The position numbers were made by a program, and so were the translations under genes. 16,635 bases of DNA from Alteromonas sp. (lineage in GTDB: Bacteria; Margulisbacteria; Marinamargulisbacteria; UBA6595), in NCBI GenBank assembly GCA_964220215.1, contig CAXPTH010000029.1, positions 1-16,635 of the forward strand, written 5' to 3'. The stretch's first letter is position 1, and every line of letters begins with the position of its first letter. Under the pieces are notes generated by a model. That model did no database searches, was not told the DNA's origin, and saw only the letters and a list, made by a program, of their open reading frames with translations. Below, one piece after another: positions 9,061 through 16,635 of the stretch.

Positions 9061-9084
9061 GTGTTCAGAGCGCCCAGCGAGTCG

Positions 9085-10476
9085 TTAGAAATCAGACAAT
9101 CCGCCGTAGCTCAGTTCGATGTCTTCCAAATGCACGGTTTTTTCGCCATCGCTGCTGTGGCGACCCACGCCTCGGTAGCTGAATCCATGATCGTGCATGG
9201 CGCGCACTTCGTAAACGTTGCGGGCATCCACAAAGTTTTTTTCACGGACGGCATCGGCGAGTTTTTGAAGATCCAGCAACCGGAATTGATTCCATTCGGT
9301 CATTAATACAATGGCATTGGCATCGTTGGCGGCATGATAGGGGTCTTTGGCGTATTGAATGCGCGCGCCGATTTCGGCTTGGGTGTTGGGCATGGCCACG
9401 GGGTCGTAGGCGGAAATGCTGCACCCTTCTTGGAGCAACAGTTCGATCAAGGCCAAGGCTGGGGCGTTGCGAATATCGTCTGTTTCGGGTTTAAACGAGA
9501 GGCCCAATAAGCCAATGTGTTTGCCGGTCAAATCGCCCACCAAGCTCCGAATTTTTTCAACGATAATGCTAACCTGGTTGTTGTTAATCTCAATAGCAGC
9601 GTTCACAATTTTGAGATCCACACCGTTTTCTTTGCCAATGAAGGCCAATGCCTGAGTGTCTTTGGGGAAACAGGCGCCGCCGTAACCCGGTCCAGGATGC
9701 AAGAAGTATCGGCCGATTCGATTGTCTGCGCCAATGCCTTTGGTGACCTGGGATACATCAATGTTCAAGGTATCGCACAAATTGGCAATTTCATTCACAA
9801 ACGATATTTTAGTTGCCAGAAACGCATTGGCGGCATATTTGGTTAATTCAGCGGCTTCAATGCTGGTTAACATAATGGGGTTTCGCGAGCGATACAACGA
9901 GCGATAAATGGATTGGACCCGTTTCACAGACTCGGTGTCATTGCCGCCAATGATGATCCGATCGGGATGGAAAAAATCATGGACCGCAGACCCTTCACGC
10001 AAAAATTCTGGGTTGGATACAATTGAAAATTCAGATAGATACACGCCGTTTTCCAGTAAAAACAACTCGGCTTTTTTTCCAGTACCAACCGGCACGGTGC
10101 TTTTGTTGACAATAATTTTTCGGCTAACGGGTCGTGTGTCTTTGATAAAATCCGCAATGGCTTTCAAAACGCTAAAATAATCGGCCATATCGGCGCTGCC
10201 GTCGTCATCCATGGGGGTTCCAACGCACACAATAACAATGTCATGCGAAATCAAGGCTTTGGCTAAATTTGTGCTAAACAGTAGGCGTTTCTCAGCAATG
10301 TTTTTTTGAATATGGGTATTTAAGTTGGGTTCGTAGATGGGGGCGATGCCTTGGTTGAGCTGTTCAATTTTTTCTTTGTCCAAATCAATGCAGGTGACGT
10401 GGTTGCCCAATTCAGCCAAACAGGTTCCGGTGACTAAGCCAACATATCCAACACCAATAATTGCAATTTTTTCCAT
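9085..10476 (-). CDS. ugd: UDP-glucose 6-dehydrogenase (UDP-glucose/GDP-mannose dehydrogenase family)
   Basis: IAIIGVGYVG Rossmann motif, KSTVPVGT, NPEFLREG, GYGGACFPKD and FKPETDDIR. Start moved to ATG 10476, which has SD AAGGAGA. Confidence 0.96.
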   Translation of the reverse strand: MEKIAIIGVGYVGLVTGTCLAELGNHVTCIDLDKEKIEQLNQGIAPIYEPNLNTHIQKNIAEKRLLFSTNLAKALISHDIVIVCVGTPMDDDGSADMADYFSVLKAIADFIKDTRPVSRKIIVNKSTVPVGTGKKAELFLLENGVYLSEFSIVSNPEFLREGSAVHDFFHPDRIIIGGNDTESVKRVQSIYRSLYRSRNPIMLTSIEAAELTKYAANAFLATKISFVNEIANLCDTLNIDVSQVTKGIGADNRIGRYFLHPGPGYGGACFPKDTQALAFIGKENGVDLKIVNAAIEINNNQVSIIVEKIRSLVGDLTGKHIGLLGLSFKPETDDIRNAPALALIELLLQEGCSISAYDPVAMPNTQAEIGARIQYAKDPYHAANDANAIVLMTEWNQFRLLDLQKLADAVREKNFVDARNVYEVRAMHDHGFSYRGVGRHSSDGEKTVHLEDIELSYGGLSDF

Positions 10477-10648
10477 ACGATCTCCTTGCTTAAGTACCGT
10501 GCTGAGGGTGCGAGCAGGGTACAGAACTTGCGACAATGTGTGCTACGCTATATAGTGCATACATGGTAAACAGTATACTGAATTTATGCGTGCAATATCA
10601 AGAAAACAGGGTTTATCCTCGCTCACGGGTAGTGCTTGGGATGGCGGT

Positions 10649-11470
10649 GTGACACACTTGGACACGTTTTTGGCCTATTTGCGTATTGAAAAAGGTTTGG
10701 CGCCGATGACAATAGCCGCGTATGAATCGGATATTACCGCTATTTTGGCTCACTGCAATGGCTGTGAGGACCTCGCTGGAGTCGCTGATTACTTGGGCAG
10801 CCGGGGGTATGCCAAAGCAACGGTTCGGCGCAAGTGGGCGGCCATTCGATTGTATCGCCAGTTTTTGGGGCTTGAAACGGGATCAACCGGTGCAATGCCG
10901 ACCTTGCCGCGTCGGTTGCCCACGGTATTGTCCCAAGCGCAAGCGCAAGCCTTTTTAACCCAACCCATACACTCCCGAACCCCCAAGCGGGATGCCCTGA
11001 TGCTGGCGCTTTTGTATGCGTGTGGGATGCGGGTGTCTGAGGTGGCGCAGTTGCGGCGCGAGCACGTGGATTGGGCCGATGGCATTATTCGTGTCATTGG
11101 CAAGGGCCAGGTGCATCGCTTGGTTCCGTTTAATGCCTGGGTACGCACGTGCTTGGAGGCGTATGAGTCCGAACGTCCCGACGGCAATTCGCCCTATATG
11201 ATGGTAACCATGCAGGGAAAGCCGGTTACCCGCCAAATTATTTATCAAGTGGTGATTCGGCAAGCTCGGTGTGTGGGCGTGTCGCTGTCTCCGCATACCT
11301 TGCGGCATTCATTTGCGACACATTTATTGGAAAATGGGGCCCATTTGCGGGGGATTCAGGCGTTGTTGGGCCATCGGTCCATTCAAACCACTCAGATTTA
11401 TACGCATTTGGACACGAAACAATTAAAAGCGGCCTATCAGCAGGCGTGGGAGGATACCAATGACACTTAG
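10649..11470 (+). CDS. xerD: Tyrosine recombinase, XerD-like; start at GTG 10649 or ATG 10586
   Basis: YLRIEKGLAPMTIAAY N-terminus, LYACGMRVSE (R), GKG (K), HTLRHSFATH, LLGH and TQIYTH (Y). Confidence 0.85.
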   Translation: MTHLDTFLAYLRIEKGLAPMTIAAYESDITAILAHCNGCEDLAGVADYLGSRGYAKATVRRKWAAIRLYRQFLGLETGSTGAMPTLPRRLPTVLSQAQAQAFLTQPIHSRTPKRDALMLALLYACGMRVSEVAQLRREHVDWADGIIRVIGKGQVHRLVPFNAWVRTCLEAYESERPDGNSPYMMVTMQGKPVTRQIIYQVVIRQARCVGVSLSPHTLRHSFATHLLENGAHLRGIQALLGHRSIQTTQIYTHLDTKQLKAAYQQAWEDTNDT

Positions 11471-12071
11471 TTTGGGTTTAATTTTATTGGTTTCGGTGAT
11501 TGTGCACGAGGTTGCGCACGGCTATGCGGCGGATTATCTGGGGGACTCTACCCCACGGGCCATGGGTCGTTTGTCGTTAAATCCCCTGGTTCATATGGAC
11601 TGGTTGGGCTCGGTTTTGTTGCCCATGTTGATGATGGTGACTGGGGCATCGGTCTGGTTGGGTTGGGCAAAGCCGGTGCCGGTCAATCCCCGAAATTTTG
11701 CCAATCCCAGCCGAGACATGATGCTCGTTGCATTGGCCGGTCCGGTGAGCAATTTGGTTTTGGCCTGGTTGGCTAGTCTGGGGCTCAAAATCATTCCCCT
11801 GTGGGCGGGTGTGGGCGATGTTACCACGGCCATTGTGATTTGCCAGCAAGCCATTGTGATTAACAGTGGTTTGATGGTGTTTAATTTGATCCCGATTCCC
11901 CCGTTGGATGGCTCAAAAATTCTGATGCATTGGGCTTCACCGTCCATCCGAGAAACGTTGTATCGCATCGAGCCCTACGGCTTTGCTTTGATTTTCATGT
12001 TGGCCTATTTGGGTGTGTTGATGCCGATTATTCGGGTCTTTATGATTCCCTTGGTTCGTATGTTGCTCTAA
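11460..12071 (+). CDS. Site-2 protease family (M50) intramembrane zinc metalloprotease
   Basis: HEVAH, GWAKPVPVN, VALAGPVSN and FNLIPIPPLDG. Confidence 0.95.
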   Translation: MTLSLGLILLVSVIVHEVAHGYAADYLGDSTPRAMGRLSLNPLVHMDWLGSVLLPMLMMVTGASVWLGWAKPVPVNPRNFANPSRDMMLVALAGPVSNLVLAWLASLGLKIIPLWAGVGDVTTAIVICQQAIVINSGLMVFNLIPIPPLDGSKILMHWASPSIRETLYRIEPYGFALIFMLAYLGVLMPIIRVFMIPLVRMLL

Positions 12072-12074
12072 CCC

Positions 12075-12518
12075 ATGCAGTATTGGCTGGATGCATACAA
12101 CATCATTGGGGCCATGCCAAAGTTAGCCCTATCCGATGCCGATAAAGAAAGGCAATTTATTGCGTATATAAACGCTAAGGGGTCAGCCGCCCATTATTGG
12201 ATTGTGTTTGATGGCCATGATTGGGATGTTTCGCATGAGCGCCAGCGCAAGTACACCGTCGTTTTTACGTCAGCGGACCAGTCTGCAGATGAGTACATTA
12301 TTGAAAAAACCGCCCAGTGCGCGCATCCAGATGCTCAGATTGTGGTCACCGATGACCGTGCCTTAGCCCGAGTGGTTCGACGGCAGGGGTGTCCGGTGCA
12401 CGGATGCACGGAGTTTCTCAACCAGCTCAATACCCATAACGCTGCTACAGCCGAAAAGCCTCAAGCGCCGTGGGATTCGGAGGTCGACTGGTTGTGTGAT
12501 CGGTGGGGGGAGGACTAG
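12075..12518 (+). CDS. NYN-domain (YacP/Rae1-like) PIN-fold nuclease
   Basis: LDAYNII, IVFDG, SADEYI and VVTDDRAL acidic motifs. Confidence 0.85.
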   Translation: MQYWLDAYNIIGAMPKLALSDADKERQFIAYINAKGSAAHYWIVFDGHDWDVSHERQRKYTVVFTSADQSADEYIIEKTAQCAHPDAQIVVTDDRALARVVRRQGCPVHGCTEFLNQLNTHNAATAEKPQAPWDSEVDWLCDRWGED

Positions 12519-13741
12519 CTACCTGCGGCGGCCTCAACGGCTTTAGCGACCTGATACGAGACATCTTTGTCCAACACCGATGGGATCACAGCCTCGGGGG
12601 TAATATCGCGCACAGACTGAGCCAAGGCTTTGGCTGCAGCCACCTTCATTTTGGGGGTAATGGTTGCGGATCGGGCATTGATGGCGCCTCGGAAGATCCC
12701 TGGGAAAATTAACACGTTGTTAATTTGGTTGTTAAAATCGCTTCGGCCAGTGCCAACCACGGCGGCACCCGCTGCTTTGGCCTCATCGGGCATGATTTCA
12801 GGAATAGGGTTGGCCATGGCAAAGATGAATGGGTCGGGATTCATGGTTCGGACCATGGCTTGGGTTACACAGTTGGCGCTGCTCACGCCCACAAATACAT
12901 CGGCGCCCACGAGGGCATCGGCCAAGGATCCATTTTTGCAACCGGGGTTGGTTAATGTTGCTAAGGATCGTTTGGCCGGCAGGGTGCTGATATCGGGTCG
13001 ATCTGGGGATAAGATACCCGTTCGGTCACAAATGAATACTTGCTTGACGGCTTCTGTATCGGGGTATCCATGGCCCAACAGGAGTTCGGCGATGGCGGTG
13101 CCGGCAGCCCCAGCGCCGTTAATCACGACGGTTAGGTCGGATAGGCGTTTGCCGGTTAGCTTTGCAGCGTTCATTAGAGCGGCGAGTAGGGTGATGGATG
13201 TCCCGTGTTGGTCATCGTGAAAGACGGGGATGCCGAGGTCTTGCAAGGCGGTTTCGATTTCAAAACATCGAGGGGCGGCAATGTCTTCGAGGTTAATGCC
13301 GCCAAAAACGGGGGCAATCCGCCGGACGGTTTCGATGATTTCTTGGGTATCTTGGGTGGTTAGACAAATGGGAAATGCATCAATTTTGGCATATTCTCGA
13401 AAGAGCATGCATTTGCCTTCCATAACGGGCAGGGCGGCTTCGGGGCCAATGTTGCCCAGGCCGAGGACGGCGGATCCGTCAGTGACAACGGCGACGGTAT
13501 TATTTTTAATGGTGAGGTCGTAGACACTGGCGGGATCTTGAGCGATGGTTTCACAGATGCGTGCGACACCGGGGGTGTAGGCCAGGGCGAGGTCGTGGCG
13601 GGTGTTGATTTCCAACTTGCTTCGAACGCGCAACTTGCCTTTTAGGTTTTTGTGCATAATCAACGATTCTTCGAAAATATCGACGGTTGATTTGGTTTCG
13701 GATGATTCTGTTTTGTTTTGTGTTTGCTCTTTGTTTATCAT
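12515..13741 (-). CDS. NAD(P)-dependent malic enzyme (short bacterial type)
   Basis: LALAYTPGVA, VTDGSAVLGLGNIG, FGGINLEDI, FHDDQHGT, GAGAAG and NQINNVLIFPG. Confidence 0.96.
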   Translation of the reverse strand: MINKEQTQNKTESSETKSTVDIFEESLIMHKNLKGKLRVRSKLEINTRHDLALAYTPGVARICETIAQDPASVYDLTIKNNTVAVVTDGSAVLGLGNIGPEAALPVMEGKCMLFREYAKIDAFPICLTTQDTQEIIETVRRIAPVFGGINLEDIAAPRCFEIETALQDLGIPVFHDDQHGTSITLLAALMNAAKLTGKRLSDLTVVINGAGAAGTAIAELLLGHGYPDTEAVKQVFICDRTGILSPDRPDISTLPAKRSLATLTNPGCKNGSLADALVGADVFVGVSSANCVTQAMVRTMNPDPFIFAMANPIPEIMPDEAKAAGAAVVGTGRSDFNNQINNVLIFPGIFRGAINARSATITPKMKVAAAKALAQSVRDITPEAVIPSVLDKDVSYQVAKAVEAAAGS

Positions 13742-13853
13742 AGTTACTAGTTTAGCATAGATGGGGGGTCTACTATAAGGGTCTCCGGCCTGGTCTTTAG
13801 TTCTTGAATAGCTAAGTTGGTGGGTGCACTTTTTCTTAACTGGGGGCAGTTTG

Positions 13854-13901
13854 CCTGGGCCCCTAAATCCCTAGGCCCCTAAGTCCCTAGGCCCCTAAAT
13901 C
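13854..13901. repeat. 3 x 16-bp tandem repeat of the element terminus
   Basis: cctgggcccctaaatc / cctaggcccctaagtc / cctaggcccctaaatc. Confidence 0.9.
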
Positions 13902-13994
13902 CCCTAAAGGGGACTTTTATGCTTTTGGATTGTTAACAACTACTGTATATTGAGATTGTATTACAAGTCCCCTTTAGGGGATTTAGGGGCCTAG
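13887..13994. mobile_element. 108-bp MITE/REPIN-like element, copy B (shorter interior)
   Basis: Same perfect 30-bp TIRs (13887-13916 / 13965-13994). The 48-bp interior starts ttatgcttttggattgttaaca, in the same orientation as copy A. Confidence 0.85.
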
Positions 13995-14017
13995 GGGAGT
14001 TTGTGCTCTTCAGCAGC

Positions 14018-14245
14018 TCAAGCAACTGCGTTAAATTCATCCAATAAGTTACGGACAAGTCCGTGTTCTATTGGGGTGGGATTAGGGTCTCCAGTGCCGC
14101 TAGGTTCTCTTGTTGATGCGTTAGAATATCCATCATACCAAGAAGCTGTTTGAACGGTGCTTTCTGTTGATGCGCTTCGTCGGGGGCTTGCTTGTGGCGG
14201 TGTTTGGGTCCTTTGTGTGTGTTGTGTTGATAATCTTGGAGTCAT
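14018..14245 (-). CDS. Small hypothetical low-complexity ORF, possibly the frameshifted C-terminus of 14250-14933
   Basis: Fills the gap up to element B. Its frame is open back to 14296, overlapping the upstream ORF end, and it has only a weak SD. Confidence 0.4.
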   Translation of the reverse strand: MTPRLSTQHTQRTQTPPQASPRRSASTESTVQTASWYDGYSNASTREPSGTGDPNPTPIEHGLVRNLLDEFNAVA

Positions 14246-14249
14246 AGGA

Positions 14250-14933
14250 TCACCGGCGCGGGAGCGGTTGGAATCGATTAACGGTATGCAGACGATCTAT
14301 TTGTTGTCTAACGGATCGAATTATTGGTTCTATAGCTTCCATTCGATCATCAATACTCATTCTTGTGTTTTCTTGAGGATATAGAGTCTCAATGCGTTGA
14401 TTCACGTTATTCAGTACAATCCGTTGGTCTGTAAAATTAGATATTCCGCTCATTACTTCAAATTCGTCGGTGGTGGCAAGTTCGTTATATATTTGATTTA
14501 AATGCTGGTAAGCTGAACTAAGCGTTCGTATAATTTCACGCACATCATTAATTATATACTCGACAAGCTCTAAATTATTTCTTATTGAAATTAAAATATC
14601 TTTATTGTCTAAAAACGACTCTATTTTATTTTGGACTAAACCGTTTAAGGGAATTTTTTTTGACGCCAATAAATTTATGTAAGTACAAAAAATAAAATTT
14701 ATACGTTTTTCTTCATTTAATTTTTGATTTTCATGCTCACTCAATCTTGTCGCTATTATACTCACTGTACTTCTTAAATCCTCTAAATTTGTAAATATTG
14801 TAGCAATATCGCGCCCTTTTTGGCGACTTTTATCTCTTATAGGTGCTCCGGGGGCGGCAACAGAACTACGGGTTCTATCTAATCTACGTGGTGTTACAGG
14901 TGGTGTTACAGGTGGTGTTACATAAGTGCTCAT
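14250..14933 (-). CDS. Hypothetical AT-rich helical/coiled-coil protein with Pro-rich N-terminus
   Basis: 227-aa ORF with SD GAGGAG just upstream of ATG 14933 and its own promoter. No recognisable family. Confidence 0.8.
   Translation of the reverse strand: MSTYVTPPVTPPVTPRRLDRTRSSVAAPGAPIRDKSRQKGRDIATIFTNLEDLRSTVSIIATRLSEHENQKLNEEKRINFIFCTYINLLASKKIPLNGLVQNKIESFLDNKDILISIRNNLELVEYIINDVREIIRTLSSAYQHLNQIYNELATTDEFEVMSGISNFTDQRIVLNNVNQRIETLYPQENTRMSIDDRMEAIEPIIRSVRQQIDRLHTVNRFQPLPRR
14888..14922. repeat. 3 x 12-bp coding tandem repeat (VTPP units)
   Basis: gtggtgttaca(g) at 14888, 14900 and 14912, encoding VTPPVTPPVTP. Confidence 0.9.
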
Positions 14934-14987
14934 TTTTTCTCCTCTAGTTTTATGCTCTTCATCAATTTGTTTAATAATATAAAAATA

Positions 14988-15016
14988 ACTATATCAAAAT
15001 AAATATAAAATATCAA
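14988..15016 (-). promoter_or_regulatory. Putative sigma70 promoter for 14250-14933
   Basis: Minus strand TTGATA (15016-15011), 17 bp, TATAGT (14993-14988) with extended TG. The AT-rich context lowers specificity. Confidence 0.55.
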
Positions 15017-15092
15017 CTGTAAATACTCTTTTTATTTAAAAATAAATTATGATTTTTAAATAATATTTGTGGCTATTGCTGAGATTTTAGAT

Positions 15093-15218
15093 CATGAAAT
15101 ACCTCTAATTCAGTCAAGAAAAAAAAGAGCGTTTTTCAGTCTTTTTAGCTGGGGTCAGTGTATCTAGGCCCCTATACCTAGGCCCCTAAATCCCCTAAAG
15201 GGGACTTGTGGTTGGGCG
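15093..15218. repeat. Direct repeat (85-bp leader plus start of element), paired with 16511-16635
   Basis: Identical to 16511-16635 except A8 versus A7 in one run. Confidence 0.95.
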
Positions 15219-15318
15219 AGGCGTTTAGGCGGCACCATAGCAATGGGTTAAGTTTAGATGCAGTTGTGTTAACAACCCAAAAGCATAAAAGTCCCCGTTA
15301 GGGGATTTAGGGGCCTGG
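15178..15318. mobile_element. 141-bp MITE/REPIN-like element, copy C (interior inverted relative to A)
   Basis: TIRs 15178-15207 / 15289-15318, with 2 mismatches in the right arm. The interior reverse complement aligns ungapped to the copy A interior at roughly three-quarters identity. Confidence 0.85.
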
Positions 15319-15391
15319 GGTGACTAGGGTCGCCAACAACATAGTGGTAGTAATTGCTGAAGGATTTTGGCTAGTGTCTGAATGGTTTTTT

Positions 15392-16263
15392 TCAATTTTT
15401 GTGTTGCAAAGAGATTTTATTTTGGCTGGTAAGGATAAGGTTGAGAATAGTGTCTAATTGTTGCTGAAGATCATCTGATATATCGATGTTAGAATCGCTG
15501 ATAAGGTCTAAAATAGTGTCTAATTGTGATATAGGATTTTCTTTGGTATCAGTGTCAGCAGAACAGATGGTATGATAGAGAATCAGGTTTAATTTTTGCT
15601 GAAGATCATCTGATATATTGGTGTTAGAACTGATGGGATGTTTGAAAATAGCGTCTAATTGTGACTCAAGATTCTTCAAACGGTCCAAATACTTTTCATT
15701 GTTAGCACAACTTGTATTTTCTTGAGCAATTATGTTCTTCATGGATTCGATAGCGGCGCTACATTCATTAAGGATATCCCAGTCGAAATAATTATTGTTG
15801 TCGACTACTGCACTTATAATGTCACAAGCTGTGCTAAGATGTTCGTCCGAATTATAATCTTCATTTTTGAGGCAAAGGTAGAGTGCGATCATTAACGCAT
15901 AGTTAAGTTGCTTCTCATCAATGTAATCAATCGCCACACGCTTAAATTTTTCTAAATTGTCATCAGCATTCAAATTTTCTTCTAATTTTTTTTCAAGAAT
16001 TTCTTGGAGATTTTCGATGTTTTGTCCATCATGTTCAGATGTTTTAGAATCATTATTATCACTACAATCAGAAGGAGTTTTTGGTGGTGAAGCGGGGCGG
16101 GGAGATTGGTTCAAAATAATTATGAGGGGTATAGCAGGTGATAGTGGTTTTATCGTTGGGGGGGGTCCACATTGATTTGGCCATCGAGCCCTGTGGTATT
16201 GTAGAGATCCGTACAACAACTGCCAAGTAAGCAATTAGCCGCAGCTTGGATTGTACTAAGCAT
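15392..16263 (-). pseudogene. Hypothetical acidic protein interrupted by a frameshift at a C8 tract (phase-variable, pseudogene or sequencing error)
   Basis: SD GAGGAGGAG plus ATG 16263 gives a 37-aa ORF ending just after C8 (+ strand G 16158-16165). One more C joins it to the long frame ending at 15392, giving 290 aa. Confidence 0.75.
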
Positions 16264-16351
16264 TGCTTTTACTCCTCCTCTTATTTTTTAAGCAAATTTA
16301 TTTTGTGTAGTAAAATAAATAATTTTTTTATTAAAAAATAAAGTTAATACA

Positions 16352-16380
16352 ATTATAAACTCCCCATATTTTTTTGTCAA
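16352..16380 (-). promoter_or_regulatory. Perfect consensus sigma70 promoter
   Basis: Minus strand TTGACA (16380-16375), 17 bp, TATAAT (16357-16352). Confidence 0.85.
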
Positions 16381-16510
16381 CTTTTTAATCAAAACAACGT
16401 ATTTTGATTGGCTGTTGATGCGATTCAATGCGTACGTTCGATGCCCATCGCATAAATTTGGTACACTTAAACAACGATGACATCATTATTAATTGTTGAC
16501 GGGTTTTTGC

Positions 16511-16635
16511 CATGAAATACCTCTAATTCAGTCAAGAAAAAAAGAGCGTTTTTCAGTCTTTTTAGCTGGGGTCAGTGTATCTAGGCCCCTATACCTAGGC
16601 CCCTAAATCCCCTAAAGGGGACTTGTGGTTGGGCG
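16511..16635. repeat. Direct repeat paired with 15093-15218, truncated by the window end
   Basis: See 15093-15218. Confidence 0.95.
16595..16635. mobile_element. MITE/REPIN-like element, copy D (partial)
   Basis: Left TIR 16595-16624 followed by gtggttgggcg, as in copy C. Confidence 0.8.

Noticed and set aside
8971..9078. tRNA, SRP RNA or riboswitch identity for the intergenic hairpin
   Set aside because: No cloverleaf or T-loop, no SRP GGAA-loop motif, and no downstream co-oriented gene for a riboswitch to control. It is left as an unassigned sRNA candidate.
8992..9306. 104-aa + strand ORF downstream of the 8936 promoter
   Set aside because: The TTG start is buried in the hairpin with no clear SD, and most of the ORF is the antisense shadow of ugd.
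10477..10536. 20-aa N-terminal extension of Ugd in the ORF track
   Set aside because: ATG 10476 has a strong SD and directly precedes the Rossmann motif.
10586..11470. Tyrosine recombinase as an integron integrase or as the enzyme for the repeat array
   Set aside because: Its length and N-terminus are XerD-like, I see no IntI-specific insertion, and it sits in a housekeeping operon with a site-2 protease. The element ends lack attC RYYYAAC/GTTRRRY cores.
14157..16175. + strand ORFs 14157-14384 and 15957-16175
   Set aside because: They are antisense shadows of the minus-strand orphans, which carry the SD and promoter signals.

Overview
Bacterial chromosomal window. A GC-richer housekeeping core (about 919-13741) encodes a dicarboxylate/amino acid symporter, eno, an FtsB/DivIC-like protein, an S1-domain protein, a PASTA protein with a degenerate kinase-like N-terminus, ribD, an M16 peptidase, ugd, an XerD-type recombinase, a site-2 protease, an NYN-domain protein and a malic enzyme. 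Two AT-rich accessory ends flank the core, and both carry copies of one non-coding element with 30-bp terminal inverted repeats (4 copies). The left end holds two tandem ~244-bp modules missed by the ORF track. Each encodes a 37-aa hydrophobic peptide behind a hairpin-sequestered AGGAGGT site and has a convergent antisense promoter, which is the layout of a type I toxin-antitoxin pair. The two modules differ mainly in one hairpin loop. The right end holds orphan genes with their own promoters, separated by the repeat element; one is frameshifted at a C8 tract. There is also a promoter-driven candidate sRNA at about 8971-9060 and a probable non-canonical ATC start for the S1 protein. All calls come from manual reading; no database searches were run.
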